The position numbers were made by a program, and so were the translations under genes. The notes under the pieces are model-generated. The model made no database searches. It saw only the letters and a program-made list of their open reading frames with translations, and had not been told where the DNA came from. Below, piece after piece: positions 8,176-18,440 of a stretch of DNA of 64,000 nt (the first letter of the stretch is position 1; each line of letters starts with the position of its first letter). Source of the stretch: Candidatus Falkowbacteria bacterium HGW-Falkowbacteria-1 (GTDB lineage Bacteria; Patescibacteriota; Patescibacteriia; Patescibacteriales; UBA12465); NCBI GenBank assembly GCA_002840305.1, contig PHAI01000001.1, positions 29,734 through 93,733 of the forward strand. Direction: 5' to 3'.

Positions 8176-9402
8176 ATGTCTGTTTTTGATAACGTTGTTA
8201 AGCGTTTTAGTGATTTAAAAGAAGTAATAAATTTAAAAGACGATGATCTTAAATATTTATTAGAACCAAAATTAGTTTCCCAGACTGAGTTGGATGTCGA
8301 TGGTGAAAAATTCTCTGCGTGGAGAATTGTTTCTAACCGCGCCCTCGGCCCAGGAAAAGGAGGAATAAGATTTCATCCGGATGTTTGTGAGGATGAAGTA
8401 AAATCTTTAGCTTTTTGGATGAGTTTAAAAAATTCTCTTTTAGGACTGCCTTATGGTGGCGCTAAAGGCGGAATAAAATTTAATCCAAAAGAACGTGATG
8501 CTAAATTTTTAGAAAAAATTTCTCGTAAATATATTGATGCTTTTTACAATGTCTTAGGACAAGATAAAGACATTCCTGCTCCCGATGTTTATACTAATCC
8601 GCAAACAATGGCCTGGATGCTTGATCAATATGAAAAAAACGTTGGACATCATGAACCAGGCATGATTACTGGTAAGCCGATAGAATTAGGAGGTATTGCC
8701 CTAAGAGGAGACTCAACGGCCAAAGGTGCTTATTTAGTAATTTTAGAAATGGTAAAAACTTTAGGATTAAAGGATAAAGAGCTAACCGTCGCTGTTCAAG
8801 GCTTTGGCAATGCTGGTTTAAATATTGCCAAAATGCTTTTTGCTGATAATTTTAAAATAGTTGCCGTAAACGATAGTAAAGGTGGCGTTTATAATCAAGA
8901 GGGTATCGATATAAATGAATTAATAAAGTTTAAAGAAGAATATGGACTAGTTTCATCTTTTGCTGAATATCAAGCAGTGTCTAATGATGAGCTTCTAGAA
9001 ATGGATGTTGATATTTTAATTTTGAGCGCTTTGGAAAATCAGATAACTACTAAAAACGCAGATAAAATTAAAGCAAAACATATAGTAGAGATTGCTAATG
9101 GGCCAGTTGATTATGATGCTGACAAAATTTTGTTTTCCAAGGGCATAACTGTAGTGCCAGATATTCTGGCTAATGCTGGGGGAGTGCTGGTTAGTTATTT
9201 TGAATGGAGTCAAAATAGAACTGGAAATATTTTGGATGAAAATTATTTAGCTGGACTACTTAACGAAAGAATGATAAAGTCATGGTATAATGTTTATAAT
9301 AAATATTTAGATTTAGATAAAAAAGTTGATCTGAGAAAAGCGGCTTATATTATTGCCCTAGAAAGAATAATCAAGGCTGAAAAATTAAGAGGAAACTTAT
9401 AA
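8176..9402 (+). CDS. gdhA: Glu/Leu/Phe/Val-family dehydrogenase (glutamate dehydrogenase)
   Basis: GPGKGGIRFHP, GGAKGG, DIPAPDV, VQGFGNAG, PDILANAGGV. Confidence 0.92.
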   Translation: MSVFDNVVKRFSDLKEVINLKDDDLKYLLEPKLVSQTELDVDGEKFSAWRIVSNRALGPGKGGIRFHPDVCEDEVKSLAFWMSLKNSLLGLPYGGAKGGIKFNPKERDAKFLEKISRKYIDAFYNVLGQDKDIPAPDVYTNPQTMAWMLDQYEKNVGHHEPGMITGKPIELGGIALRGDSTAKGAYLVILEMVKTLGLKDKELTVAVQGFGNAGLNIAKMLFADNFKIVAVNDSKGGVYNQEGIDINELIKFKEEYGLVSSFAEYQAVSNDELLEMDVDILILSALENQITTKNADKIKAKHIVEIANGPVDYDADKILFSKGITVVPDILANAGGVLVSYFEWSQNRTGNILDENYLAGLLNERMIKSWYNVYNKYLDLDKKVDLRKAAYIIALERIIKAEKLRGNL

Positions 9403-9417
9403 TCTAGCATATCTTTT

Positions 9418-10335
9418 ATGATTTACGATTTAATAATTATTGGAACTGGTCCAGCTGGTCTAACGGCATCAATTTATGCTTCTCGTTATAAAATAAAACA
9501 TTTGGTCATAGGTGAAGTACCCGGCGGCCTTATTACAGAGGCTCATAGTATTTGTAATTTTCCGACAGAAATTAGTATTAGTGGCTTTGATTTAATGGAA
9601 AAAATACAAAACAACGCTTTACATTTAGGAGCAGAAGTATTAAACATGGAAAAAATAGTAAAAGTAGAGAAAGATGGTGAAATCTTTAAATTGTACACCG
9701 AAAGTCAAAAAGAATTTGGAGCAAAGACGATTCTATTGGCCACGGGGACTAAGCACAAAAGACTAAGTATAGAGAACGAGGAAAAATATTTGGGGAAAGG
9801 TTTGGCCTATTGCGCTACTTGTGATGCTATGTTTTTTAAGGAAAAAGTAGTTGGTGTTATTGGTAGCGGGAACAGCGCTTTGACCGCCGCCCTGTATTTG
9901 GCCGAAGTTGCTAAAAAAGTTTATTTAATGGTTCGGAGTGAAAGCTTTAAGGGAGAGATCGCCTGGGTTGATCAGGTAAATAAAAATGAAAAAATAGAAG
10001 TTATGTTTAAGAGCCAAGTTAAAAAATTATTAGGAGAAACAAAATTAGAAGAAGTAATAATAGAAAAAAATGACAATGAAGAGAAAATAAAACTTGATGG
10101 GCTTTTTGTAGAAATTGGTACTGATCCAGAAAATTTTCTGTCTGATCAATTGAAAGTTGAGCTTGATAGAGATTTTATAAAAGTAGATTCTACTCAAAAA
10201 ACAAACGTTAATGGTGTTTGGGCGGCAGGAGATTCGACTACAAATTCTAATTTTTTTCGTCAAGTAATTACTGCTTGCAGTGAGGGAGCCGTGGCGGCCT
10301 ATGATATTTTTTCTTATTTACAGAAGAAAAAATAA
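9418..10335 (+). CDS. trxB: Thioredoxin reductase
   Basis: IIGTGPAG, YCATCD redox motif, GSGNSA, AAGD. Confidence 0.92.
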   Translation: MIYDLIIIGTGPAGLTASIYASRYKIKHLVIGEVPGGLITEAHSICNFPTEISISGFDLMEKIQNNALHLGAEVLNMEKIVKVEKDGEIFKLYTESQKEFGAKTILLATGTKHKRLSIENEEKYLGKGLAYCATCDAMFFKEKVVGVIGSGNSALTAALYLAEVAKKVYLMVRSESFKGEIAWVDQVNKNEKIEVMFKSQVKKLLGETKLEEVIIEKNDNEEKIKLDGLFVEIGTDPENFLSDQLKVELDRDFIKVDSTQKTNVNGVWAAGDSTTNSNFFRQVITACSEGAVAAYDIFSYLQKKK

Positions 10336-10418
10336 GGCATAAACAATTTATGCGATTGGTTCTTCTTATATTTTATATTTTTTGATATAATAAAAAGACA
10401 TATGGTATATGTCTTTTT

Positions 10419-13400
10419 ATGTTTAACAGGATTTATATTAATTTTTTAAATAAAAGAATTAAAGCCTTTTCTTTGATAGAGCTAATTTTGGCTGTGTCTA
10501 TTTTGGCTATACTTTCGACAGTAGTTATTATTGCTATAAACCCGGCCAAGAAGTTGGCTGAAGCCAGAAATTCAAAAAGAATAATGAACGTGAGGGCAAT
10601 ATTAGAGGCCACTAATCAATACTTTATAGACAAACAAGACGCTGATATTTTTTCAGTTAAAGACTCTTGGTTTATGATTGGTGATAGCTTGTCCGATTGT
10701 AGTGTAAATTGTAATATTTATTCTTCAACTTCTTCGCCGGCCTTTGTTGACCAAGCTGAGGTTGATTTCTCTAATGGTTCCTATGGTGATACAGAGTATT
10801 CAGGTGGCGGCGTTGGACTGAATGCTTTAGGCAAGACAAATGAAGCGGGATATTATTTGTCAGAAATAAAAGACGGTGGAGACGATTTCTTTTGGAATTA
10901 TTTTTCAGTTTTTCCGAAGTCTCCCTATGGCAAAAGTTTGCCTGAAAATTGTGGAAACGAAAACAATTATTCTGAAAACGGCGTAGGCATGGCTGCCAAT
11001 TCTCTTTTGTTATATTTGGAAGAGGATACTGCACCACTTATTGATAGTTCTTGTCAGGGCAATAACGCTTCTATTGTTGGCTCTGTTTCTTATGGCGAAA
11101 ACGGAATTTTTGGAAATTCGTTAAAGTTCGATGGTGTTAGTGCTTATGCTAGAATAGCCAATCACTCCAGTTTGAATTCTTCTAATAGTTTAAGTTTACA
11201 AGCTTGGGCCAAAATTGATGAGGGCGGAAAAACACAGAGTCTACTTTCAAAGGCCTCCTACAGTTTAAAGGTGGCTTCTGACGATAAGCCATATTTTGAG
11301 ATTCTTGGAGGCTCGGAGAATATAAATTATTCTGGTCGCCCAGGAATAAATGCCCAAGTTAATTCTACAATTGTTTTTGATAATGATTTATATGTTGCAG
11401 CGGCGACTAATGGTAGGGTTTATAGATATGAAGGAGGGAACGATTGGATTGATACTGGAAGACTAGGCACTGCTACTTATATTTGGTCTTTAGTCGAATA
11501 TAATGGACAACTTTATGGTGGCGGTGGAGCAACAGGAACCGTATATCGCTACGAAGGTGACAATAATTGGGTTGATATTGGTCGTTTAGGAGTCGCTACT
11601 TATGTTTATTCCATGGCGGTTTATGATGGTAATCTTTATGCTGGTACTAATGATACTGGACAAGTTTATCGTTATGATGGAGATAATAATTGGGTAAGCT
11701 TAGGACAGGTTGCTACAAACACGCAGATTTGGTCCATGGTTATTTTTAATGGAAATTTATATGTTGGTACTTACGCCACTGGACGCGTTTATCGTTATGA
11801 CGGTGGAACTACTTGGACTGATGTTGGAAGATTAGGAACGGGAACCTATATTTATTCTTTGGTAGTTCATAATGGTAATCTTTATGGAGGAAATAGAGCA
11901 AATGGTCGTGTTTATCGTTATAATGGCGGGACAACGTGGACGGACATAGGAAGACTGGGGACTAGCACTTATATCTATTCTTTAGTTTCTTTTAATGGTT
12001 TTTTATATGGTGCCACTGGTGCCACTGGACGCGTTTATCGTTATGACGGTGGAACTACTTGGACGGATGTTGGTAGATTGGGATTAGCTACTTACGTTTA
12101 TTCTTTGATTGAATATAACGGTGAACTTTATGGAGGGACAAATTATGAAGGATTGGTTTATAAATATAACGGGGTTGATTCTTGGGAAAGTTTAGGACAT
12201 TTTGGTCTTGGAGCGCAGGTTAATTCACTTATATCATACGGCGGCAATTTATATGCCGGGACATATGGATCTGGGCGTGTTTATCGTTACGATGGTAGTA
12301 AAGGATTTTTTAATACTGGAAGACTGGGAACCAATACTTATGTTTATGCTTTGGCTATATACAACGGACAGCTCTATGGTGGTGGTGGGGCAACTGGCAT
12401 AGTATATCGTTACGAAGGCGACAATAATTGGGTTAGCGCTGGTCGTCCAGGGGCCGCTACTTATGTTTATTCTATGGCGGTTTATGATGGCAATCTCTAT
12501 GTTGGTACTAATGATGCTGGGCAAGTTTATCGATATGATGGAGATAATAATTGGGCAAGCCTTGGACAAATTGCTACAAATACACAGGTCAGATCAATGG
12601 TTGTTTTTAATGGAAATTTATATGCCGGGGCTTATGCTACTGGACGAGTTTATCGTTATGATGGTGGAACTACCTGGACTGATGTTGGAAGGCTTGGAAC
12701 TAGTACCTACATCTTTTCTTTAATGGTTTTTGATGGTAAAATTTATGGCGGTGGCGGTTCAACTGGCCGCGTTTATCGTTATGATGGCGGGACTACATGG
12801 GTTGACACTGGAAGATTAGGTGCTGCTACTTATGTTTGGTCTTTGGTTTCTTACGGGGGAAATCTTTATGGCGCTACAAACAATTTGGGACAAGTTTTTA
12901 GATATAACGGAGGGACTACGTGGGCCAGCGTTGGGCAGTTAGGGGTTTCTACCAATGTTTATTCTTTAAGTGTCCATGATGGTAAAATTTTTGCTGGGAC
13001 AAGTGATCAGGGAAAAATTTTTTCTATCGGAGATGGCGCCACTGTTTACTCTGACGTTGACATTAACAATAATGAATTTAACTACATAGCCGGAACTTAC
13101 GATGGTTCAAATTTAAAGCTTTATCTAAATGGTATCGAGAGTTCTTCTAAGGGTTTTACGGCCGGAATTGCTAGTAACTCCAAAGACTTATTAATCGGAT
13201 CTTCTTATGGTTCAAGTTCTGGAGATGGTTCTCAAGTAGGAAGTGAAAATTTTAGTGGGTGGTTAGATGAGATTGCTGTTTGGAAAAGAACGCTTGGTGC
13301 GGCAGATATTTTAAATATTTACAATAGAAGTGTTTTGAATTTAAAATATCAAGTACGTTCTTGCGCTGTTGATAATTGCTCTGACGCTATTTTTGCCGGT

Positions 13401-13772
13401 CCAGACGGAACTGGTGCTTCATATTATAGTGAAGAAACAAACAGAGGAGGTTCTTTGCCTGTTTTTAATTTAGACATAGAAAGAAAACCATATTTTCAAT
13501 ATAGAGTTGATCTTACAAGCAAGAATGAGTTGCTTACTCCTGTTTTGGAAAAGACCGAAATAAGTGGTGATTTAGCAGAAAACTATACTGAGCATGATTG
13601 TTTTAATTTAAACTCTTATTTGGTGCCAAGTTATTTGCCCTCAATTCCTTTTGATCCAAAAACAGGTGATACTGATTTCACTAATTATGCCATAAAGCAA
13701 CTTGACAATGGTCGTTTCGCCGTGAGGTCTTGCTCTTCGGAGCGGGATGATTTTATTGAGCTTTCTAAATAA
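10419..13772 (+). CDS. Giant type IV pilin-like protein with nested LamG-like and 14-repeat beta-propeller insertions
   Basis: KA|FSLIEL prepilin and INPAKKLAEARN at the N-terminus, LVPSYLPSIPFDPK...GRFAVRSC pilin-like C-terminus. LamG motifs are split around fourteen 41-aa repeats. Confidence 0.8.
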   Translation: MFNRIYINFLNKRIKAFSLIELILAVSILAILSTVVIIAINPAKKLAEARNSKRIMNVRAILEATNQYFIDKQDADIFSVKDSWFMIGDSLSDCSVNCNIYSSTSSPAFVDQAEVDFSNGSYGDTEYSGGGVGLNALGKTNEAGYYLSEIKDGGDDFFWNYFSVFPKSPYGKSLPENCGNENNYSENGVGMAANSLLLYLEEDTAPLIDSSCQGNNASIVGSVSYGENGIFGNSLKFDGVSAYARIANHSSLNSSNSLSLQAWAKIDEGGKTQSLLSKASYSLKVASDDKPYFEILGGSENINYSGRPGINAQVNSTIVFDNDLYVAAATNGRVYRYEGGNDWIDTGRLGTATYIWSLVEYNGQLYGGGGATGTVYRYEGDNNWVDIGRLGVATYVYSMAVYDGNLYAGTNDTGQVYRYDGDNNWVSLGQVATNTQIWSMVIFNGNLYVGTYATGRVYRYDGGTTWTDVGRLGTGTYIYSLVVHNGNLYGGNRANGRVYRYNGGTTWTDIGRLGTSTYIYSLVSFNGFLYGATGATGRVYRYDGGTTWTDVGRLGLATYVYSLIEYNGELYGGTNYEGLVYKYNGVDSWESLGHFGLGAQVNSLISYGGNLYAGTYGSGRVYRYDGSKGFFNTGRLGTNTYVYALAIYNGQLYGGGGATGIVYRYEGDNNWVSAGRPGAATYVYSMAVYDGNLYVGTNDAGQVYRYDGDNNWASLGQIATNTQVRSMVVFNGNLYAGAYATGRVYRYDGGTTWTDVGRLGTSTYIFSLMVFDGKIYGGGGSTGRVYRYDGGTTWVDTGRLGAATYVWSLVSYGGNLYGATNNLGQVFRYNGGTTWASVGQLGVSTNVYSLSVHDGKIFAGTSDQGKIFSIGDGATVYSDVDINNNEFNYIAGTYDGSNLKLYLNGIESSSKGFTAGIASNSKDLLIGSSYGSSSGDGSQVGSENFSGWLDEIAVWKRTLGAADILNIYNRSVLNLKYQVRSCAVDNCSDAIFAGPDGTGASYYSEETNRGGSLPVFNLDIERKPYFQYRVDLTSKNELLTPVLEKTEISGDLAENYTEHDCFNLNSYLVPSYLPSIPFDPKTGDTDFTNYAIKQLDNGRFAVRSCSSERDDFIELSK

Positions 13773-13784
13773 AGATTTGTATAA

Positions 13785-13812
13785 TAAAAAAGCCCTCTTG
13801 AGAGGGCTTTTT
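13785..13812. terminator. Bidirectional terminator
   Basis: AAAAAGCCCTCT-TG-AGAGGGCTTTTT. Confidence 0.75.
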
Positions 13813-13832
13813 TGGTTGGTTTCAATTTGTTA

Positions 13833-14336
13833 CTATTCTGTTGCTCCAGTTTCTTCAAGTTTTAACACTGGTTCTTCATTTTCAGCTCCTGCTTCTTCGA
13901 TGTTTACTGCCGCTTCATCTAAATAAGGATTTACATAAGTATCAATCTCAAAGGCTTGTGGGAAAAATAATGTTCCCTTTTTGTCGATATATGATTCTAT
14001 GTTTTCCCCAGTTCCTACATTAACGGACAACTTATATAAACCATATTCTTCTTCGGCGTTTTCTATAGTCGCTTTTGTTCCTGGCATCATTAAGTTTTCG
14101 TTTATAAAGGATTCAGTTTTTATTTTTGCGTCCTCTAATGTCAAAGTATTTTTTTCTTTAGGGGGAAATTTAAAAATTAAAACTGCTAACAACAATAAAA
14201 CCAAGGCTGATATCAGAATAAAAACTGTTTGTTGTTGTTTTTTACTTTTTTCGCTAATTTTCTCTGTTTTTATTTCTTTTTTTTCTTCATGATGCTCGTG
14301 TTTGCATTCAGAGCTATGCTCATGTTTGTGTTCCAT
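13833..14336 (-). CDS. Membrane-anchored hypothetical protein with His-rich N-terminus
   Basis: MEHKHEHSSECKHEHHEE, one TM segment, small extracellular domain, acidic tail. Confidence 0.75.
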   Translation of the reverse strand: MEHKHEHSSECKHEHHEEKKEIKTEKISEKSKKQQQTVFILISALVLLLLAVLIFKFPPKEKNTLTLEDAKIKTESFINENLMMPGTKATIENAEEEYGLYKLSVNVGTGENIESYIDKKGTLFFPQAFEIDTYVNPYLDEAAVNIEEAGAENEEPVLKLEETGATE

Positions 14337-14544
14337 ACTTTTGTAAAGATTTCCAGTTGGTAAATTGGCAGATATCAGCTGACAAATCTTATTAATTTAT
14401 TAAAACAATCAAATTTATAATAGCAATTATTGCGAAATCAAACAAGTGGTTGACGTAATAACTAAATTATATTATAGCAGAAAATTAGAAAATATGCTTC
14501 TTTTCAAGGGCCAAGGACTGGTGTTCTTTTTTTATTTAAATTCT

Positions 14545-15918
14545 TTATAATATATTTCTTATTTTTTTCTCAAAGATAAAATAAAAAGTAATCATTGTAA
14601 CTGTTGTTAAAAAGTACTTAATTAGTGTTTTTTCTTTCTCTTCTTTTTCCAAGATTAAATATTTTTCATTTATTAATTCTCCTATTTTTTCTTCTCCGAT
14701 ATTGTTTATGTCTTGTATTGATTTTTCTGATAAGGGCATTATTTTTAATTCTTTTTCGTCCCCACTTAGTGTTCCGCTAATTATGTAATTGTTTCCTTCT
14801 TTTAAGTTTTTGCCAGCAATTTCTGTACCCTTTTTTATGTCTATCAAAATTTCATTTTCGCCATCATCCAAATAAATAGCATTTGTTTTATTTTGGGCTA
14901 TTTTTCCTTTCACTTGAACTAGATTTCCATTTTGATCGGGGGATAGGTCTTTTATTGGAATTGTTTTTTGTTTGTCTATGTTGTTTCCAGATGAAATAAA
15001 TAGAATGTCATTTATATCTTTAGTTTTTATTTTCCAATCATAGTCCTTATTCACGAGTTCTCCTGACACACTTATTTTATCTCCAACTTTTAAGGTTGGA
15101 AAATTTTTATTGTAGCTGTAGACCTGCATTCCATAAATAAGATTTTGTTCTTTATTTTTGTTATTTTCTTCTTCCAAAATATAAAAATATTGAGATCCAA
15201 ATTGTCCTGGTAGATTAGCTACTATTCCTTCGACTTTAACTAAGTCTCCATTTTTCAAGTTTTTTATTTCGTTTATTTTTACCATTTGTTTTATTTTTTC
15301 ACTGCTTTTTGTTGCAGGCTTCTTTTGGTTTTCTTTTTCCGGCAAAAAATAGGTGTTTATCTTTATTATTTCTCCAATTGAATTTTTAATTTCAATATTA
15401 TTTTCAATTATAGTAAAGTCGGCATAATTATTTGGATTTTCTAAATCAATTTTTTTTCTTTTTAAAACTTTATTATTTTCTATTTCGGGGCAGACTTGTC
15501 CAGAAAAATCAGTGGCCTCTCCATATCCGACTTTGTCGCTTATCTTTTTGTCATTATCATATAGTAAGACCGTATTACTTTTAGATAATGATGCCATGGA
15601 TGAATAACATAAATCTGCGTTTACTGTTTGACAATATTCTTTGCTTGATATTAAAAAATAACCATTGCCTGATATTTGGCCTATAAAATTTTTAGCCGAA
15701 ATCAAGCTTGATTCTGACCCGCTGGCAGTTTTCTTTTTGAGCAAGTAACCAGCAAGGTTTATATTGTAATCATTGGGATTATATAATTCTATAAATTCGT
15801 TTTTTGCTCCCTCGTTTTGACCAATCATTATTTGGTTAATTAAAATTGGCAAACTATCAGCTTTTAACGTTTTTGGTAATAAAAATAAAAACAAAAAAAA
15901 TAAAAGTATTTTTTTCAT
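14545..15918 (-). CDS. Lamin-tail-domain protein with OB-fold-like domains
   Basis: Signal peptide, ILINQI...NEFIELYNP...INLAGY LTD motif, V.V.G.V OB-like segments, C-terminal TM. Confidence 0.75.
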   Translation of the reverse strand: MKKILLFFLFLFLLPKTLKADSLPILINQIMIGQNEGAKNEFIELYNPNDYNINLAGYLLKKKTASGSESSLISAKNFIGQISGNGYFLISSKEYCQTVNADLCYSSMASLSKSNTVLLYDNDKKISDKVGYGEATDFSGQVCPEIENNKVLKRKKIDLENPNNYADFTIIENNIEIKNSIGEIIKINTYFLPEKENQKKPATKSSEKIKQMVKINEIKNLKNGDLVKVEGIVANLPGQFGSQYFYILEEENNKNKEQNLIYGMQVYSYNKNFPTLKVGDKISVSGELVNKDYDWKIKTKDINDILFISSGNNIDKQKTIPIKDLSPDQNGNLVQVKGKIAQNKTNAIYLDDGENEILIDIKKGTEIAGKNLKEGNNYIISGTLSGDEKELKIMPLSEKSIQDINNIGEEKIGELINEKYLILEKEEKEKTLIKYFLTTVTMITFYFIFEKKIRNIL

Positions 15919-16000
15919 GGTTTTTTAAGTCAAGATTAAATACTTTTATTATGATATTTTGAGGATGAATTGTCGCTAACTCCTTGATAAACAATTTTAT

Positions 16001-16927
16001 CTATTTTACTTTAGATAGTATTTCCTTTAAGTCTTCGTCCATTTCAATTTTGAATTCTTGCCAGTCGCCATTTAAATCTTTAAACCCTAGAGTGTCGGCT
16101 ATTAAAAATATTCTTCCTGGGTTTAATTTTTTATTTTGGACTTTTGATTTTTTATTCTTGTATAAATTATCGCCCAGAAGTGGATGCCCATAAGCAAAAA
16201 AATGAACACGAATTTGGTGAGTACGACCAGTTTTAATCTTTGCTTTTATCAAAGTGAAGTTTATTAGTTTTTTTATTATTTTAAACTCAGTTATGGCTTG
16301 GCGTGATTTTTCTAACGCTTTTAAGTTTCCCCAGCCCCTATTGGTTAATGTTTTTTTATCTTTGTTTGCCGTAGCATCGTTTGAAGAGCTTTCTTCGTCA
16401 GTTGCGTTATCAGTTATTTCTTCCACTTCTTCTTCGTTATTGTCATTATTATTTGTTTCCGCTGGCGCTTCTTCTTTTTCTTGAGAATAATTTTCATATT
16501 CGCCCTTCCTTTTGTTTAGTAGTTCATTTTCCTCTTCGTTTTTAGGTGATGGTATAGCAGCCATCTTGAAACCTTGGCTGGATCTTTTGATGGGGAAGTC
16601 AATAATGCCTTCGTCTCTCAAAATCTGGCCGCAAACCAAAGCTGTATATTCTTTTTTGATTTTTCTTTCTTTGAATTGTTTTTTGAAATACTCAAAGGCC
16701 TCATTGTTTTTTGGTATCAACATTAATCCACTAGCTTCTTTATCTAGGCGATGGACTATTCCAGGCCTATTTGGGTCTTCTCCAACCTTTTTTATTTCTG
16801 GATATTTTTCAACCAACCAATCGCTTAGGGTTTTTTCTTTGATTCCATTGCCGCCATGGGATATCATTCCGGCTGGCTTGTTTATGACTAAGTAATCTTT
16901 TTGATCTGAAATTATTTTTATTTCCAT
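16001..16927 (-). CDS. RluA/RluD-family pseudouridine synthase
   Basis: VINKPAG, GIVHRLDKEASG, KTGRTHQIRVH, HPLLGD. Carries an acidic internal insertion. Confidence 0.93.
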   Translation of the reverse strand: MEIKIISDQKDYLVINKPAGMISHGGNGIKEKTLSDWLVEKYPEIKKVGEDPNRPGIVHRLDKEASGLMLIPKNNEAFEYFKKQFKERKIKKEYTALVCGQILRDEGIIDFPIKRSSQGFKMAAIPSPKNEEENELLNKRKGEYENYSQEKEEAPAETNNNDNNEEEVEEITDNATDEESSSNDATANKDKKTLTNRGWGNLKALEKSRQAITEFKIIKKLINFTLIKAKIKTGRTHQIRVHFFAYGHPLLGDNLYKNKKSKVQNKKLNPGRIFLIADTLGFKDLNGDWQEFKIEMDEDLKEILSKVK

Positions 16928-16931
16928 ATTT

Positions 16932-18371
16932 TTATATTTTTTTAGGCATAAAAGTTTTTATATCTTCCTTGCTTATTCCTTTTAACATATATAGCAGACT
17001 AAAATAAATTAAGCCAGCTAGGAGTATTATTAGAAGTATAAAAATATTATTAGCATATAAGCTTTTTGGAACTAGAAACATAAACAAGGCCATTCCCAAT
17101 GATGATAAAATTGATTTCTTAAGAACAACAAATTTTGCCTGAAAAGAAGTGAATTTTTTTACGTAATAATATGTTCCAAGCAAAATTAGGGCATTGCTAA
17201 AAATAGTTACCATCGCGGCGCCAATATAGGAAAATCTTGGAATTAAAAACAAATATAGAACCAAAGACAGGGCGGCGGTAATAGCATAAAGCCCTATAAC
17301 CTTTTTTTGTTTGTTTATAGCTATTATTATGTGAGAAAAAATACAACTAACAAAAAGCATGGCGGTTGATATTATTAATATTTGTAAAGCCGGCCCCCCG
17401 CTTCCGAAATCTTGGCCAGCAATCATCATCATTATTTTTGTGGCAATAAATTGAGTTCCGACCGCCAGCGGTAAGGCTAGTATTATCATAAAATCAAATG
17501 ATTTTTGGATTATTTTTTCCAAAAATTTATTTTCCCCTTTTAACCAGTTGGCTGTAAAAATTGGCAACATTATTCCAGCGAACATATAAGGAATAGTTCC
17601 TATTACCTCTATGGCTCGATATGATGCTCCGTATATTCCGACCTCTTCATTGCTCTTGAATAATGATAATATTAAAATATCTCCTTTCAAATAAATGAGG
17701 TTTAATATAATAGTTAAAGCTAGTGGCCAGGTTCTTTTTATTATTTTTTTCCAAAATATTAAATCAAACTCAAGTTTAATTTTAACTGATTTCTGACTGT
17801 ATAGCCATAAAATAATAAAGCCGATAATTCCGCTCAGAACCGATGCCCACAACATGCCGGTTAACCCTTGATTTATTTTTGCAAAAATAAAAATAAAGAT
17901 AACTAAAAAAGTTTTCGATATTACCTCAGAAAGCATAACCTTTTCCATCTCCAGCTTCTTTTGAAATAAGGCAATTAATATTTGGTTTAGAGCTGGGAAT
18001 AAAAAAATTAGAGTGGAAATAAGCACGCCGAGTTTAATGACTTGGTCATAGGGGAAAAATAAAACGGTAATTGGGGCCAGACCCAAAAGAATCAGTGCTG
18101 TAAATAAACGTAGAGAGAAGAGATTGCTGAGTGCCTTTTCTTGGTTTTCGTTTGGATTGCTGATTATTTGAGCGCTTATTAGAGTCAACCCTAAGTCAGC
18201 TGACATAGCAAAAAAAGAGACAAAAGTAATAACCGTTGAATATTCTCCAAAACCACTGGCTCCTAAATATCTAGCCATTATAGCCAGAGATGCTATTCCA
18301 AGAAGAGTTGACAATCCTTTCCCGATTATTTGAATAATAGTATTTTTAGCTATTCTTTTTTTTAATTCCAT
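16932..18371 (-). CDS. Polysaccharide/oligosaccharide flippase (Wzx-like)
   Basis: IAKNT...ARYLG..GFGEYS, ADLGL, EVGIYGASYR, many TM segments. Confidence 0.88.
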   Translation of the reverse strand: MELKKRIAKNTIIQIIGKGLSTLLGIASLAIMARYLGASGFGEYSTVITFVSFFAMSADLGLTLISAQIISNPNENQEKALSNLFSLRLFTALILLGLAPITVLFFPYDQVIKLGVLISTLIFLFPALNQILIALFQKKLEMEKVMLSEVISKTFLVIFIFIFAKINQGLTGMLWASVLSGIIGFIILWLYSQKSVKIKLEFDLIFWKKIIKRTWPLALTIILNLIYLKGDILILSLFKSNEEVGIYGASYRAIEVIGTIPYMFAGIMLPIFTANWLKGENKFLEKIIQKSFDFMIILALPLAVGTQFIATKIMMMIAGQDFGSGGPALQILIISTAMLFVSCIFSHIIIAINKQKKVIGLYAITAALSLVLYLFLIPRFSYIGAAMVTIFSNALILLGTYYYVKKFTSFQAKFVVLKKSILSSLGMALFMFLVPKSLYANNIFILLIILLAGLIYFSLLYMLKGISKEDIKTFMPKKI

Positions 18372-18440
18372 TGTTTTTTCTTGTTTTTTTTAAAAAAGTA
18401 GTATATAATTTATATATTATTAAAATCTTATCATAATTTT

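Noticed and set aside
11325..13030. Internal DNA repeats of the propeller genes as a DGR TR/VR pair
   Set aside because: Differences are not adenine-specific, and both copies are coding blades.
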